Part shown: piece after piece, positions 1 through 13,550 of the stretch
How the letters are laid out: each line of letters opens with the position of its first letter
How positions within the stretch are numbered: the stretch's first letter is position 1
From: Malacoraja senta
Taxonomy: Eukaryota
Assembly (NCBI GenBank): GCA_038087875.1
Contig: JAXLNO010003629.1
Coordinates: forward strand, 62,001-126,000
Direction of reading: 5' to 3'
DNA length: 64,000 nucleotides
Notes under the pieces: generated by a model
What the model saw: the letters and a program-made list of their open reading frames with translations, nothing else
Databases searched by the model: none
Told to the model about the DNA's origin: nothing
Translations under genes and position numbers: made by a program

Positions 1-269
1 GAATTTTTTAATATGTGGATTAGGCAATATTAAACAGGCATGAATTGAAAATGATTTGGCAGACAGGAAACAGAGAGAAGACTTCGTTAGGGTGGCAGGT
101 GGTGATGAATGATCCAGAATCAATCCAGTTCTTGAGTCCGTTATTTTCAATGTTCATCAATGGTATTGATAAAGGAAACAAATTTAATGTTTCTAAGTTT
201 GATGACATGAAACTGAGAGGAAGTAGGAGAAGCAAAGAGGATGCAAAGAGGTTTCCAGGTGATGTCAGT

Positions 270-1250
270 CAGTTGAGTTACTTGCAAAATATACACAGAT
301 GCAGCAGAGAGTCATAGAGCTGTAGAGCATGGAAATAGACACATCGACCCAACACACACATGCTGACCAAGATGTCCAACTGACCCCATCACAATTGGCT
401 GTGCCTGGCCCATGTCTCTCCAAACATGTCTTGCGTCCTAAACAAGGGGTTTAGGACGCAAGATAAGGGGTGAAACATTGAGGGCTGAGACATTTCTTCA
501 TTGTGAATATGGTGAGCCATTCAAATTCACCGCACAGAAACTGGTAGATGGCAGGTCACTGAATCCTGTTAAGTAGGGGATAGATTTATTTGACATAAAA
601 TGCAGCAACATTTATATAACCATATAACCATAACAGCACGTAAACAGGCCATCTCGGCCCTTCAAGTCTGTGCCGAACACTTAAAAAAACATGTTTTTTT
701 ACTTCCCCCTAGTCCCATCTACCTGCACTCAGACCATAACCCTCCATTCCTTTCCCGTCCATATACCCATCTAATCTATTTTTAAAGGATAAAGTCGAAC
801 CTGCCTCCACCACTTCCACTGGAAGCTCATTCCACACAGCTACCACTCCCTGAGTAAAGAAGTTCCCCCTAATGTTACCCATAAACCTCTGTCCCTTAAT
901 TCTCAAGTCATGTCCCCTTGTTTGAATCTTCCCTGCTCTCAATGGGAAAAGCTTATCCACGTCCGGGAGAGAATTGGAATATGAGATTGTTTTGTATGAT
1001 TGAACAGGCTCAAAGTGACAAATAATCCACCCCTGGTTCTCTTTTGCATGTTTCAATAGGTTTTGTGATGGTTTGATATGTTCTTTGTCCTTCACACTTC
1101 TGATGTTTATTTACACATTGTGAAATTTAGTCAGATATAAAACAGGAAGCAAATCATTGTGGTTAAAAAAATAAATCATTGTGGTTAAATTGCAAGACAG
1201 CTCTTCCTGCAGCCTTGACCATTGCTCTGAATTTTGCATCAGGTCCTGAA
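270..1250 (+). repeat. Older, diverged direct paralog of the 25365-25520 / 29310-33265 region
   Basis: Matching blocks 285-420 vs 25385-25520, 470-600 vs 29310-29460, 970-1060 vs 29470-29574, 1056-1131 vs 31291-31367, 1130-1250 vs 33135-33265. Confidence 0.75.
610..962 (-). mobile_element. CR1 LINE 3' fragment (family B, ATAACCAT-type tail)
   Basis: ORF 709-1095 is the CR1 ORF2 C-terminus (RGHDLRIKGQRF); absent at the paralogous site near 29460. Confidence 0.85.
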
Positions 1251-1312
1251 TCATTCAGAGCAATGGTCAAGGCTGCATGAAGAGCTATCTTGCAGTTTAA
1301 CCACAATGATTT
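1173..1312. repeat. Fold-back hairpin, 60-bp arms (3 mismatches), 20-nt loop
   Basis: 1173-1232 vs reverse complement of 1253-1312; weaker pairing extends to about 1120/1368. Confidence 0.9.
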
Positions 1313-1370
1313 GTCCATTCTGAGCTCTGGGCTGTTTCGCTTCCTATTTTTTATCTCAACTAAATTTCGA

Positions 1371-1426
1371 GTGTTTAGTAAATGACGTGTTTAGTAAATG
1401 ACGTGTTTAGTAAATGACGTAAATGA
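1371..1426. repeat. 16-bp tandem repeat GTGTTTAGTAAATGAC x3 plus partial
   Basis: Exact copies at 1371, 1387 and 1403. Confidence 0.95.
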
Positions 1427-2477
1427 TGGGAGTAGGCCCCACAAATAACGAAGGATCAGCAATGTATTTCCAAGTTATGATGGTGACTAACTGGGTCAAT
1501 TTGTGCCACTCCACTAACTTGACCAAGCAATTCTGGGTATGGATTGTGCTTGCATATTGTGGATATATTTTCCAGCACCGATGCAGTCATCAATGTAATG
1601 GGGATAGAGTTCGGGGATAGGGCCAGTGTACACCTGGAACACAATGTATCTCTCGTGTCTATATCTCTAGGCTGTGATGATCTTGGTGCAACTCTGTGAG
1701 GTTGGGCTTGGAGAACACCAAATGACATGGGGAAAAACTTGTGATTGTGAAAATGTTTGCTGGAGGATCTACCTTGAGTGAAATTCAGAACTGAGGAGAA
1801 AATTGCTCTCAATATTGGACTTACTTTGAAAAATTGTAGTAGCTTGATTATCATACGCAGCTCACTGGTGACCTCCTAAGTCCAAGCTCCACCATGATCT
1901 GATGCAATTGAATATTGGTTTGAACTATCGGACCAACTACAGCATGAACAGGCAAGAATATTGACCGTTCCATTTATTACAAAACAACAGATTCTGTCAT
2001 TTGCCATTGTCATAGACATTTCAAACATCACACAGTCATCTGCTTCAATATGTGTAACTGGAAACTATTCTAACTTCAGTTGTAAATAGCATTAATTATA
2101 CTTGTCTTTCTCCAGGCTGGTTAGCATTCTGCAAAAGATTTTCTCTTTACCTCACGAACGTGACACTGAACTAAATTGAATTGAACTGGAAGGGACGTGA
2201 TTTATTCCCAGAGGTTGTGAAGGTCTTGCTGCAAACTGTGCGGTTTGATTTGGAGAAAACTGAAAGTTGCAGAAGAAATTGGATGATCATGAGGATGGTG
2301 ACTGGTGGGTTTACCTTGTGTGAAACTCAGGACATAATTACACACAACATTGGAATAACTGAGTAAATACAGCATTTTGATTATTACATCTACTCGATAT
2401 TAAATTGTATTATTTCTATAGCTTTCAATAGATTTTAAGGAAGTCTTTAGACTGATTTAAGTTGCTGCAGACACAAC

Positions 2478-4004
2478 AAGAGCTGCAAGCAGAAATAGTG
2501 GATGCATTAGTGATAATATTTCAAAACTCTTTAGATTCTGGAGTAGTTCCTGAGGATTGGAGGGTAGCTAATGTAACCCCACTTTTTAAAAAGGGAGGGA
2601 GAGAGAAAACGGGGAATTACAGACCAGTTAGTCTAACATCAGTAGTGGGGAAAATGCTAGAGTCAGTTATTAAAGATGGGATAGCAGCACATTTGGAAAG
2701 TGGTGAAATTATTGGACAATATCAGCGTGGATTTACGAAAGGTAAATCATGTCTGACGAATCTTATAGAATTTTTCGAGGATGTAACTGGTAGAGTGAAT
2801 AAGGGAGAACCAGTGGATGTGTTATATCTGGACTTTCAGAAGGCTTTCGACAAGGTCCCTCATAAGAGATTAGTATACAAATTTAAAGCACATGGTATTC
2901 GGGGTTCAGTATTGATGTGGATGGAGAATTGGCTGGCAAACAGGAAGCAAAGTGTAGGAGTAAACGGGTCCTTTTCAGAATGGCAGGCAGTGACTAGTGG
3001 GGTACCGCAAGGCTCACTGCTGGGACCCCAGCTATTTACAATATATATTATTGATTTGGATGAGGGAATTGAATGCAACATCTCCAAGTTTGCGGATGAC
3101 ACGAAGCTGGGGGGCAGTGTTAGCTGTGAGGAGGATGCTAGGAGGCTGAAAGGTGACTTGGATAGGCTGGGTGAGTGGGCAAATGCATGGTAGATGCAGT
3201 ATAATGTGGATAAATGTGAGGTTATGCACTTTGGTGGCAAAAACAGGAAAGTAGACTATTATCTGGATGGTGGCCAATTAGGAAAAGGGGAGATGCAACG
3301 AGACCTGGGTGTCATGGTACACAAGTCATTGAAAGTAGGCATGCAGGTGCAGCAAGCAGTGAAGAAAGCGAATGGTATGTTGGCCTTCATAGCAAGAGGA
3401 TTTGAGTATAGGAGCAGGGAGGTTCTACTGCAGTTGTACAGGGTCTTGGTGAGACCACACCTGGTGTATTGCGTACAGTTTTGGTCTCCAAATCTGAGGA
3501 AAGACATTCTTGCCAATGATGGAGTACAGAGAAGGTTCACCAGACTGATTCCTGGGATGTCAGGACTTTCATATGAAGAAAGACTGGATAGACTCGGCTT
3601 GTACCCGCTAGAATTTAGAAGATTGATGGGGGATCTTATTGAAACTTCTTAAGGGGTTGGAGAGGATAGATGCAGGTAGATTGTTCCCGATGTTGGGGAA
3701 GTCCAGAACAAGGGGTCACAGTTTAAGGATAAGGGGAAAGTCTTTTAGGACCGAGATGAGAAAAACATTTTTCACACAGAGAGTGGTGAATCTGTGGAAT
3801 TCTCTGCCACAGAAGGTAGTTGAGGCCAGTTCATTGGCTATATTTAAGAGTTAGATGTGGCCCTTGTGGCTAAAGGGATCAGGGGGTATGGAGAGAAGGC
3901 AGGTACAGGATACTGAGTTGGATGATCAGCCATGATCACATTGAATGGCGGTGCAGGCTCGAAGGTCCGAATGACCTATTCCTGCACATATTGTCTATGT
4001 TTCT
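2478..4004 (+). mobile_element. CR1 LINE, 5'-truncated, RT to 3' UTR (family A)
   Basis: [31 protein letters not shown] motifs; premature stop at 3191-3193. Confidence 0.95.
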
Positions 4005-4231
4005 AAATATTTTCAAGATGTAGCGTCTCGAACATGTTTATAATGATTACGTAAAATAATTGACATCTGCTGCTATGTATGCCTCCATATAACTTTATAT
4101 AACTTATATAACTCAATATAAGCAAGACCGCTCTTAGGGAGCGGCAGTAACGCAGCGGCCTTGTGAGGGAAGTGCCCTGTGAGAAAAGTGAGAGTCTTTG
4201 GCTCGAGAGTCTTCGGCTAGGAGGCTGAGGA

Positions 4232-5514
4232 GAGGAATTCCACAAAGTCACAACTCTCTGGGTTGAAATGTTTTTTCTCAACTCAGTCTTAAATGACCTC
4301 CCCTTTATTCTAAGACTGTGGCCCCTGGTTCTGGACTCGCCCAACATTGGGAACATTTTTCCTGCATCCAGCTTGTCCAGTCCTTTTATGATTTTATGTT
4401 TGTATAAGACCCCCCCTTATCCTTCTAAACTCCAGTGAATACAAGCCTACTCTTTTCAATCTATCCTCATATGACAGTCCCGCCATCCCAGGGATCAATC
4501 TCGTGAACCAACGCTGCACTGCCTCAATCACAAGGATGTCGTTCCTCAAATTAGGAGACCAAAACTTTACACAAACTCCAGATGTGGTCTCACCAGAGCC
4601 CTGTACAACTGCAGAAGAACCTCTTTACTCCTGAATCCCCTTGTATGAAGGCCAACATTTCATTAGCTTTCTTTCCTGCCTGCTGTACCTGTAAGCCAAC
4701 TTTCAGTGACCGGTGTACAAGGACACCCAGGACTCGCTGTACCTCCCCCTTACCTAACCTAACCCCATTGAGATAATAATCTGCCCCCTTGTTTTTGCCG
4801 CCAAAGCGGATAACCTCACATTTATCTATATTATACTGCATCTGCCCACTCAATCTGTCCAGGTCACCCTGCAGCCTCCTAACATCCTCTTCACAGTTCA
4901 CACTGCCACCCAGCTTTGTGTCATCCGCAAACTTGCTAGTGTTGCTCCTAATTCCCTCTTCCAAATCATTAATATATATGGTAAACAGTTGCGGCCCCAA
5001 CACCGAGCCTAGCGGCACTCCACTCGCCACTGCCTGCCATTCTGAAAAGGACCCGTTCACTCCTACTCTTTGCTTCCAGTCTGCCAACCAATTTTATATC
5101 CATGTCAACACCCTACCCCCAATACCATGTGCTCTAATTTTAGTCACCAGTCTCCCGTGCGGGACCTTATCAAAGGCTTTCTGAAATACACTACATCCAC
5201 TGGCACCCCTTCATCCATTTTACTTGTCACATCCTCAAAAAATTCCAGAAGATTAGTCAAGCATGATTTCCCTTTCATAAAACATGATGACTTGGACTAA
5301 TCCTGTTACTGCTATCCAAATGCCCCATTATTACCTCTTTAATAATTGACTCCAGCATCTTTCCCACCACCGAAGATAGGCTAACTGGTCTGTAATTCCC
5401 CGTTTTCTCTCTCGCTCCTTTCTTGAAAAGTGGGATAACATTAGCTATCCTCCAATCCACAGGAACTGATCCTGAATCCATTGAACATTGGAAAATGATC
5501 ACCAATGCGTCCAT
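4232..5514 (-). mobile_element. CR1 LINE fragment, RT region
   Basis: ORFs 4590-5087 and 5275-5559 contain RT motifs; frameshifted. Confidence 0.9.
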
Positions 5515-8500
5515 ATAACCATATAACCATATAACCATTACAGCACGGAAACAGGCCATCTCGGCCCTTCAAGTCCGTGCCGGATTTAAAAAAAAAAAAA
5601 AATACTACCCCCTAGTCCCATCTACCTGCACTCAGACCATAACCCTCCATTCCTTTCCTGTCCATATACCCATCCAATCTATTTTTAAAGTATAAAATCG
5701 AACCACCCTCCACCACTTCCACTGGAAGATCATTCCCTACAGCTACCACTCTCTGAGTAAAGATGTTCCCCCTAATGTTACCCCTAAACTTCTGTCCCTT
5801 AATTCTTGTCATGTCCCCTTGTTTGAATCTTCCCTACTCTCAATGGAAATAGCTTATCCACGTCAACTCTGTCTATCCCGCTCATAATTTTAAAGACCTC
5901 TATTAAGTCCCCTCTTAACCTTCTGCGCTCCAAAGAATAAAGACCTAACTTGTTCAACCTTTCTCTGTAACTTAGTTGCTGAAACCCAGGCAACATTCTA
6001 GTAAACCTCCTCTGTACTCGCTCTATTTTGTTGACATCCTTCCTATAATTAGGCGACCAAAATTGTACTCCATACTACAGAATTGGCCTCACCAATGCCT
6101 TGTACAATTTTAACATTACATCCCAACTTCTATATTCAATGCTCTGATTTATAAAGGCCAGCACACCAAAAGCTTTCTTTAACATGAGATTCCACCTTCA
6201 GGGAACTATGCACAGTTATTCCTAGATCCCTCTGTTCAACTGCATTCCTCAATTCTCTACCATTTACCATGTACGTCCTATTTTGATTTGTCCGGCCGAG
6301 ATGTTGTACCTCACATTTATCAGCATTAAACTCCATCTGCCATCTTTCAGCCCACTCTTCCAAATGGCCTAAATCTCTCTGTAGACTTTGAAAATCTACT
6401 TCATTATCCACAACACCACCTATCTTAGCATCATCTGCATACTTACTAATCCAATTTACCACACCATCATCCAGATCATTGATGTATATGACAAACAACA
6501 GTGGACCCAACACAGATCCCTGAGGCACCCCACTAGTCACCGGCCTCCAACCTGACAAACAGCCATCCACCATTACTTTCTGGCATCTCCCATTCAGCCA
6601 CTGTTGAATCCATCTTGCTACTCCACAATTAATACCCAACAATTGAATCTTCTTAACCAACCTTCCATGAGGAACCTTGTCAAAGGCCTTACTGAAGTCC
6701 ATATAGACAACATCCACTGCTTTACCCTCATCAATTTCCCGAGTAACCTCTTCAAAAAATTCAAGAAGATTAGTCAAACATGACCTTCCAGGCACAAATC
6801 CATGTTGACTGTTCCTAATCAGACCATGTTTATCCAGATGCTTATATATATTATCTCTAAGTATCCTTTCCATTAATTTGCCCACCACTGACGTCAAACT
6901 AACAGGTCTATAATTGCTAGGTTTACTCTTAGAACCCTTTTTAAACAATGGAACAACATGCGCAGTACGCCAATCCTCCGGCACCACTCCCGTTTCTAAT
7001 GACATTTGAAATATTTCTGTCATAGCCCCTGCTATTTCTACACTAACTTCCCTCAATGTCCTAGGGAATATCCTGTCAGGACCTGGAGACTTATCCATTT
7101 TTATATTTTTCAAAAGTGTCAGTACTTCCTCTTCTTTGATCCTCATAGTTTCCATTGCTACTCTACTTGTTTCCGTTACCTCACATAATTCAATATCCTT
7201 CTCCTTGGTGAATACCGAAGAAAATACATTGTTCAATATCTCCCCCATCTCTTTTGGCTCTGCAGATAGCTGTCCACTCTGACTCTCTAATGGACCAATG
7301 TTATCCCTCGTTCTCCTTTTGCTATTAATATGGCTGTAGAAACCCTTTGGATTTACTTTCACCTTACTTGCCAAAGCAACCTCATATCTTCTTTTAGCTT
7401 TTCTAATTTCTCTCTTAAGATTATTTTTACATTCTTTATACTCTTCAAGCACCTCATTTACTCCATGCTGCCCATAATTATTGTAGATATCTCTCTTTTT
7501 CCGAACCGTGTCCAATTTCCCTTGAAAACCATGACTCTTTCCAATTATTACTCTTTCCTTTCAACCGAACAGGGACATAAAGATTCTGTACTCTTAAAAT
7601 TTCACCTTTAAATGTCCTCCATTTCTCTATTACATCCTTCCCATAAAACAAAATGCCCAATTCACTCCTTTTAAATCCTTTCGCATCTCCTCAAAGTTAG
7701 CCTTTCTCCAATCAAAAATCTCAACCCTTGGTCCAGTTCTGACCTTCTCCATAATTATATTGAAACTAATGGCATTATGATCACTGGATCCAAAGTGCTC
7801 CCCAACACATACTTCTGTCAACTGACCTGTCTCATTTCCTAACAGGAGGTCCAGCACTGCCCCTTCTCTAGTAGATACCTCTATGTATTGCTGCAAAAAA
7901 CTATCCTGCACACATTTTACAAACTCCAAACCATCCAGCCCTTTTACAGAATGTGTTTCCCAGTCTATTTGTGGAAAATTGAAATCTCCCACAATCACTA
8001 CCTTGTCCTTACTACTAATATCTGCTATCTCCTTACATATTTGCTCTTCCAATTCTCGCTCCCCATTAGGCGGTCTATAATACACCCCTATAAGTGTTGC
8101 TACACCTTTCCCATTTCTTTGTTCCACCCAAATAGCCTCCATAGACGAGCCCTCTAATCTATCCTGCCAAAGCACTGCTGTAATATCTTCCCTGACTAGC
8201 AATGCAACACCTCCACGTCTTGCCCCTCCAATTCTATCACACCTGAAGCAATGAAATCCTGGAATATTTAGTTTCCAATCACAGCCATCCTGCAACCATG
8301 TTTCACTAATCGCCACAACATCATACTTCCAGGTGTCAATCCAGGCTCTAAGCTCATCCACCTTTCTTACAATGCTCCTAGCATTAAAATAGACACATTT
8401 AATAATAATAATAATAATAATAATGGATGAGATTTATATAGCGCCTTTCTAATACTCAAGGCGCTTTACATCACATTATTCATTCACTCCTCAGTCACAC

Positions 8501-9371
8501 TCGGTGGTGGTGAGCTACTTCTGTAGCCACAGCTGCCCTGGCGCAGAGTGACGGAAGCGTGGCTGCTAATCTGCGCCTACGGCCCCTCCGACCACCACCA
8601 ATCACTCACACACATTCACACACATTCACACGCAGGCAAAGGTGGGTGAAATGTCTTGCCCAAGGACACAACGACAGTATGCACTCCAAGCGGGATTCGA
8701 ACCGGCTACCTTCCGGTTGCCAGCCGAACACTTAGCCCATTGCGCCATCTGCCACCACCACTTATTTTCTTTTTATTATCTTTTTCTCCTTTCCCCCCTA
8801 CATGTTGGGTCTGAGTGCTTCCCTTCTCTGCCTCCTGCCTCACACACTGTCTACTAGCTTTCTCTATTTGAGTCCCTCCCCCCAACCACTCTAGTTTAAA
8901 GTCTCCCCAGTAGCCTTTGCAAATCTCGCCGCCAGGATATTTGTTCCCCTCGGGTTCAAGTGCAACCCGTCCTTTTTGTACAGGTCACACCTTCCCCAAA
9001 AGAGGTCCCAATGATCCAGTAACTTGAATCCCTGCCCTCTGCACCAGTCCCTCAGCCACAAATTTATCCTCCACCTCACCCCATTCCTACTCTCACTGTC
9101 GCGTGGCACAGGCAGTAATCCTGAGATTGTTACTTTTGCGGTCCTTCTCCTTAACTCTCTTCCTAAATCCCTAAATTCTCCTTTCAGGACCTCTTCTATT
9201 TTCTCCCTATGTCATTGGGACCTATATGTACCACGACCTCAGGCTCCTCTCCCTCCCATTTCAGGATATCTTGGACACGTTCAGACACATCCCAGACCCT
9301 GGCACCAGGGAGGCAAACTACCATCTGGGTCTCCTGACTGCGTCCACAGAATCGCCTATCTGATCCTTAGT
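5515..9371 (-). mobile_element. CR1 LINE family B, near full length: ORF1 SGNH-esterase-like remnant, APE endonuclease, RT
   Basis: DGLHLN (ORF1), SETWL/YRPP/GDFN/SDHN (APE), KYADD (RT); interrupted by a SINE at 8401-8757. Confidence 0.92.
8401..8757 (-). mobile_element. tRNA-derived SINE with L2-type 3' end and (ATT)n tail
   Basis: Minus strand has A-box TGGCGCAATGG, B-box GGTTCGAATCCC, an internal GTGTCCTTGGGCAAGACA block and a GTAAAGCGCCTTGAG...AAAGGCGCTATATAAAT 3' stem; absent from the right-arm copy at about 26200. Confidence 0.85.
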
Positions 9372-9789
9372 GGGCAAGGAGAACAAAACAGCACACAAGG
9401 GGTGGTGTCAGGAATATCCTGTAATATGGCAACAAGACATCTTGTTACTGTGCTCAAAAACTCCAGAAGAGAAGAGCAACAAATATCACTTGCCTACTTA
9501 CTGCATGCTGCATCACATGTCTGCTTTCAGTGATTAGTGCACAAAGACGCAGATATCTTTATCAATATTTCTGAATCAATCACAATTCCTATAGTTCTCA
9601 GTCTTTCTGTCTATACACAATATTATGGATAGGAAATGTATGGAGGGACATGGGTTAGGTGCAGGCAGTTGGGACTGGCTCAGATACACAACTTGGTCAG
9701 CATGTATGCATTGGGCCAATGGGCCTATTTCCATGCTGTACAGCTCTATGACTCTTTGCTGCATCTGTGTGTATATTTGGACACTAGCT

Positions 9790-11516
9790 CAACTGACTGG
9801 GAGGAGCCGGCCAAAGTTCACTGGAAAGATACACTAGCAGGGATGACGGTGGAACAAAAATGAAAGGTGTGTCTAGGAATAATACAGAAGGTGCAGGATC
9901 AGTTCATTCCTAGGAGGAAGAAAGATTCCAAGGGGAGAAAGGGATGAGACCATGGCTGACAAGGGACGTCAGGGACAGTATAAAAATTAAAGTGAAGAAG
10001 TACAACGTAGCAAAGATGAGCGGGAAGCAAGAGGATTGGGTAATGTTTAAAGAACCTCAGAAGATAACCAAAAAGACAATACGGGGAGAAAAGATGAGGT
10101 ACGAAGGTAAGCTAGCCAAGAATATAAAGCTGGATAGTAAAAGCTTCTTTAGGTATGTGAAGAGGATAATATTAGTTAAGACCAAAGTTGGACCCTTGTA
10201 GACTGAAAAAGGTGAATTTATTATGGGGAACAAGGAAATGGCAGATGAGTTGAACAGATACTTTGGATCTGTCTTCACTAAGGAGGACACAAACAATCTT
10301 CCTGATATAGCAGTGGCCAGAGGATCTGGGGTGACGGAGGAACTGAAGGAAATCCACATTAGGCAGGAAATGGTGTTGGATAGACTGATGGGACTGAAGG
10401 TTGATAAATCCCCAGGGCCTGATGGTCTGCATCCCAGGGTACTTAAGGATGTGGCTCTAGAAATCGTGGACGCATTGGTGGTAATTTTCCAATGTTCTAT
10501 AGACTCAGGATCAGTTCCTGTGGATTGGAGGGTAGCTAATGTTATCCCACTTTTTAAGAAAGGCGGGAGTGAGAAAACAGGGATTTATAGACCAGTTAGC
10601 CTGCCATCGGTGGTGGGGAAGATGCTGGAGTCAATTATGAAAGATGAAATAGCCGCACATTTGGATAGCAGTAACAGGATCGGTTCGAGTCAGCATGGAT
10701 TTACGAAGGGGAAATCATGCTTGACTAATCTTCTGGAATTTTTTGAAGATGTAACGAGGAAAATGGACAAGGGAGAGCCAGTGGATGTCGTGTACCTGGA
10801 CTTTCAGAAAGCATTTGAAAAGGTCCCACATAGGAGATTAGTGGGCATAATTAGGGCACATGGTATTGGGGGTAGAGTGCTGACATGGATAGAGAAGTGT
10901 TTGGCAGACAGGAAACAAAGAGTAGGGATTAACGGGTCCGTTTCAGAATGGCAGGCAGTGATTAGTTGGGTACCACAAGGCTCGGTGCTGGGACCGCAGC
11001 TATTTACAATATACATCAATGATTTGGATGAAGGGATTCAAAGTAACATTAGCAAGTTTGCAGAAGACACAAAGTTGGGTGGTAGTGTGAACTGTGAGGA
11101 GGATGCTATGAGAATGCAGGGTGACTTGGACAGGTTGGGGGAGTGGGCAGATGCATGGCAGATGAAGTTTAATGCAGATAAATGTGAGGTTATCCACTTT
11201 GGTAGCAAAAACAGCAAGGCTGATTACTATCTAAATGGCGTCAAGTTGGGAAAAGGGGAAGTACAACAGGATCTGGGGGTCCTTGTTCATCAGTCTATGA
11301 AAGTAAGCATGTAGGTACAACAGGCAGTGAAGAAAGCAAATGGCATGTTGGCCTTTATGACAAGAGGAGGAATATAGGAGCAAAGAGATCCTTCTGCAGT
11401 TGTACAGAGCCCTAGTGAGACCACACCTGGAGTATTGTGTGCAGTTTTGTTCCCCTAATTTGAGGAAGGACATTCTTGCTATTGAGGGAATGCAGCGTAG
11501 GTTTACAAGGTTAATT
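9790..11516 (+). mobile_element. CR1 LINE ORF2 fragment
   Basis: ORF 10223-11314 with complete RT motifs; mirrored by 20936-25365. Confidence 0.92.
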
Positions 11517-12275
11517 TGACGCAATTTAGATAGTAATCTGCCTTCCTGTTTTTGCTACCAAAGTGGATAACCTCACATTTATCCGCATTAAACTTCATCT
11601 GCCATGCATCTGCCCACTCCCCCAACCTGTCCAAGTCACCCTGCATTCTCATAGCATCCTCCTCACAGTTCACACTGCCACCCAGCTTTGTGTCATCTGC
11701 AAATTTGCTAATGTTCCTTTGAATCCCTTCATCCAAATCATTGATGTATATTGTAAATCGTTGCGGTCCCAGCACCGAGCCTTGCCGTACCCCACTAGTC
11801 ACTACCTGCCATTCTGAAAGGGACCCGCTAATCCCTATTCTTTGTTTCCTGTCTGCCAACCACTTCTCTATCCATGTCAGCACTCTACCCCCAATACCAT
11901 GTGCCCTAATTTTGCCCACTAATCTCCTATGTGGGACCTTATCAAATGCTTTCTGAAAGTCCAGGTACACTACATCCACCGGCTCTCGCTTGTCCATTTT
12001 CCTAGTTACATCCTCAAAAAATTCCAGAAGATTTAGTCAAGCATTATTTCCCTTTCGTAAATCCATGCTGACTTGGACCGATCCTGTTACTGCTATCCAA
12101 ATGTGCGGCTATCTCATCTTTTATAATTGACTCCAGCATCTACCCCACCACCGATGTCAGGCTAACTGGTGTATAATTCCCTGTTTTCTCTCTCCCGCCT
12201 TTCTTAAAAAGTGGGATAACATTAGCTAGCCTCCAATCCACAGGAACTGATCCTGAATCTATTGAACATTGGAAA
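11517..12275 (-). mobile_element. CR1 RT fragment fused tail-to-tail to the previous element
   Basis: ORF 11503-11997 with KFADD; mirrored by 20165-20935. Confidence 0.9.
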
Positions 12276-13550
12276 AAAAATAGAATCATTTGAAAGAATA
12301 ATAACATTAGCTTTATTCATTGGAAAGACTAAAATGAATTTGAATAGTCAAGAGAAACACCGCTATTTTAGATTTTAATCAGTCGGATGTAGCAAAAACA
12401 ATGACATGTGTCCCCTTTTTAGTGAAGACACCATCATTGTAATGGGAGAACACATTTCACAATAACATTTGAAGAAGTACATCAGTTTTGCAAACTACAT
12501 TTCAATCATTTAATCCCGTTCATTTAATCCACTATTACCAATGAAGAATAATGTCGGAAGTTTACTGACCTTCTGCAGAGGAACTTGTGTGGAATTCTGG
12601 AGAAGCAGCAACGTGGCTTTGAGCCCAGCACAGGACAAGCTGAGGCTCCCTCACACTGCACAGTAACTGACACTGCCTCTTGTCAAACTAAACGACACTC
12701 CCCCTCCAGCTCAGGTTTCCGGCACCACTGGTGTTGATACAAATGGGTTCAGATATAGAATTATACCACAAATAAAGATTCCATCTGGAATCGAACTTGC
12801 ACCTTTGCGGTTTTGAACATTTCGAATGGATCTCAAACGGGAGAGCTCCAGGTGCTTTGCCGCATCCTGCTGGGCCTGATGTTCCACGAGAGAGTACATG
12901 CAATCCAGGGATGTCCTGCCATTTCATGATGAAAAAACATCCATAGAGGGTTGTGTTCATTAAACATGCTGGCAATTCCATTACACCCATTAGGATAAAC
13001 TGAACCATTCCCGGGGAGAGGATTGGCCCTGGTGAAAGGAGAAAGAACATACTGTTTCCTGACTTGCCTCTTCATGGGAAGGAGCCCACAGATTTCACCA
13101 TGGGAAGCTTTCACTGTCCTAATGAATGCCCACCATCATTGGTCAGCTGAGCAAAATCTCAAATGACATTAAAAGAAGCAAGAGTACAGAGTGTACACTG
13201 GATGTGGACCTCAGCATCCATCATTGGGAGTGGCTTGGTCACACGACCACTCACTGAGATGGCTGAACCCTGAAGGATGTGTCTGCCAGGCTCTTTCTAC
13301 AGCAGGTAGAGAATGAGCCAATGACCTCCTCCTCTCCTGTCCACCTGCAACAGGTGAAACTGTTGACCATGGCTTTGGCAGAAATCAGAAGACCATTGCA
13401 CAGTTCTCATTGAGGACAATGTTTTGTCATTACACCAAAGTCGTCCCATATTGCTCTGACTGGCACAACAGTTTTTGATGTCATCTTCCCAAAGGAGCCG
13501 CAGAGGCTGATGCATTGACTATGTTCAAGGTAGAGGATGATTGACTATAA

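Noticed and set aside
12660-12700. CACAGTA heptamer-like motif as a V(D)J recombination signal
   Set aside because: No nonamer at 12 or 23 bp spacing and no adjacent V, D or J segment
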